15,460 nucleotides of DNA, taken from positions 1-15,460 of the forward strand of contig JBIKLL010000066.1 in assembly GCA_044359815.1 (NCBI GenBank), in the 5' to 3' direction. Origin of the DNA: Pseudobdellovibrionaceae bacterium (GTDB lineage Bacteria > Bdellovibrionota > Bdellovibrionia > Bdellovibrionales > Bdellovibrionaceae). Both the position numbers and the translations under genes were made by a program. Under the pieces are notes generated by a model. That model was not told the origin of the DNA. It did no database searches and worked only from the letters and a program-made list of their open reading frames with translations. Below are positions 15,359 through 15,460 of the stretch, piece after piece; positions within the stretch are counted from its first letter, which is position 1, and the number at the start of each line of letters is the position of its first letter.

Positions 15359-15460
15359 GTCTTCTCGAACCATTTGCTTCACGCAAATGGTTCTGCCAGA
15401 GCCGGCATCGCATATTCAAAATGCCTTCCTGGCATTTTTCCCTGCATTAAAAGCTATCGC

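Larger units (their letters stand above)
15117..15460 (-). repeat. Tandem direct repeat, 217-bp period, at least 1.6 copies (truncated by window end)
   Basis: 15117-15243 is identical to 15334-15460 (127 nt). The ~20 nt left of each copy are similar but diverged (gcttgtgtagtttcggaaa vs gcttgtttgttgtttcggatt). Confidence 0.95.

Noticed and set aside
15117..15460. CRISPR array
   Set aside because: The repeated part is at least 127 nt with a 217-bp period, far beyond CRISPR dimensions. The flanks are similar rather than unique spacers, and there are no cas genes.

Overview
AT-rich bacterial window. The gene content and protein style suggest Bdellovibrionota or a related group (inference only). 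The left half holds a partial O-antigen-ligase-like gene, a soluble Aer-type PAS/chemoreceptor-like gene, a secreted amidoligase-fold-like protein, three peptidases (M48, C39, DmpA/P1) and two exported proteins. The right half holds a tightly coupled six-gene operon (7333-14821): a 923-aa class III aminotransferase-GNAT-degenerate aminotransferase fusion, a C45 Ntn-hydrolase, a second class III aminotransferase, 3-oxoacid CoA-transferase subunits A and B, and a thiolase. The non-coding DNA is unusually structured. Two long palindromic elements with 58-bp arms lie at 4649-4818 and 14842-15087. The window ends in a 217-bp-period tandem repeat in which each unit is a multi-hairpin structure on the minus strand ending in a tRNA-Arg-like 3' end (...CCTTCCGGGCGCGCCA). 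The two best candidates for an undescribed system are this tRNA-tailed structured repeat array and the operon, whose fusion enzyme looks like a single-chain pseudo-dimeric transaminase.
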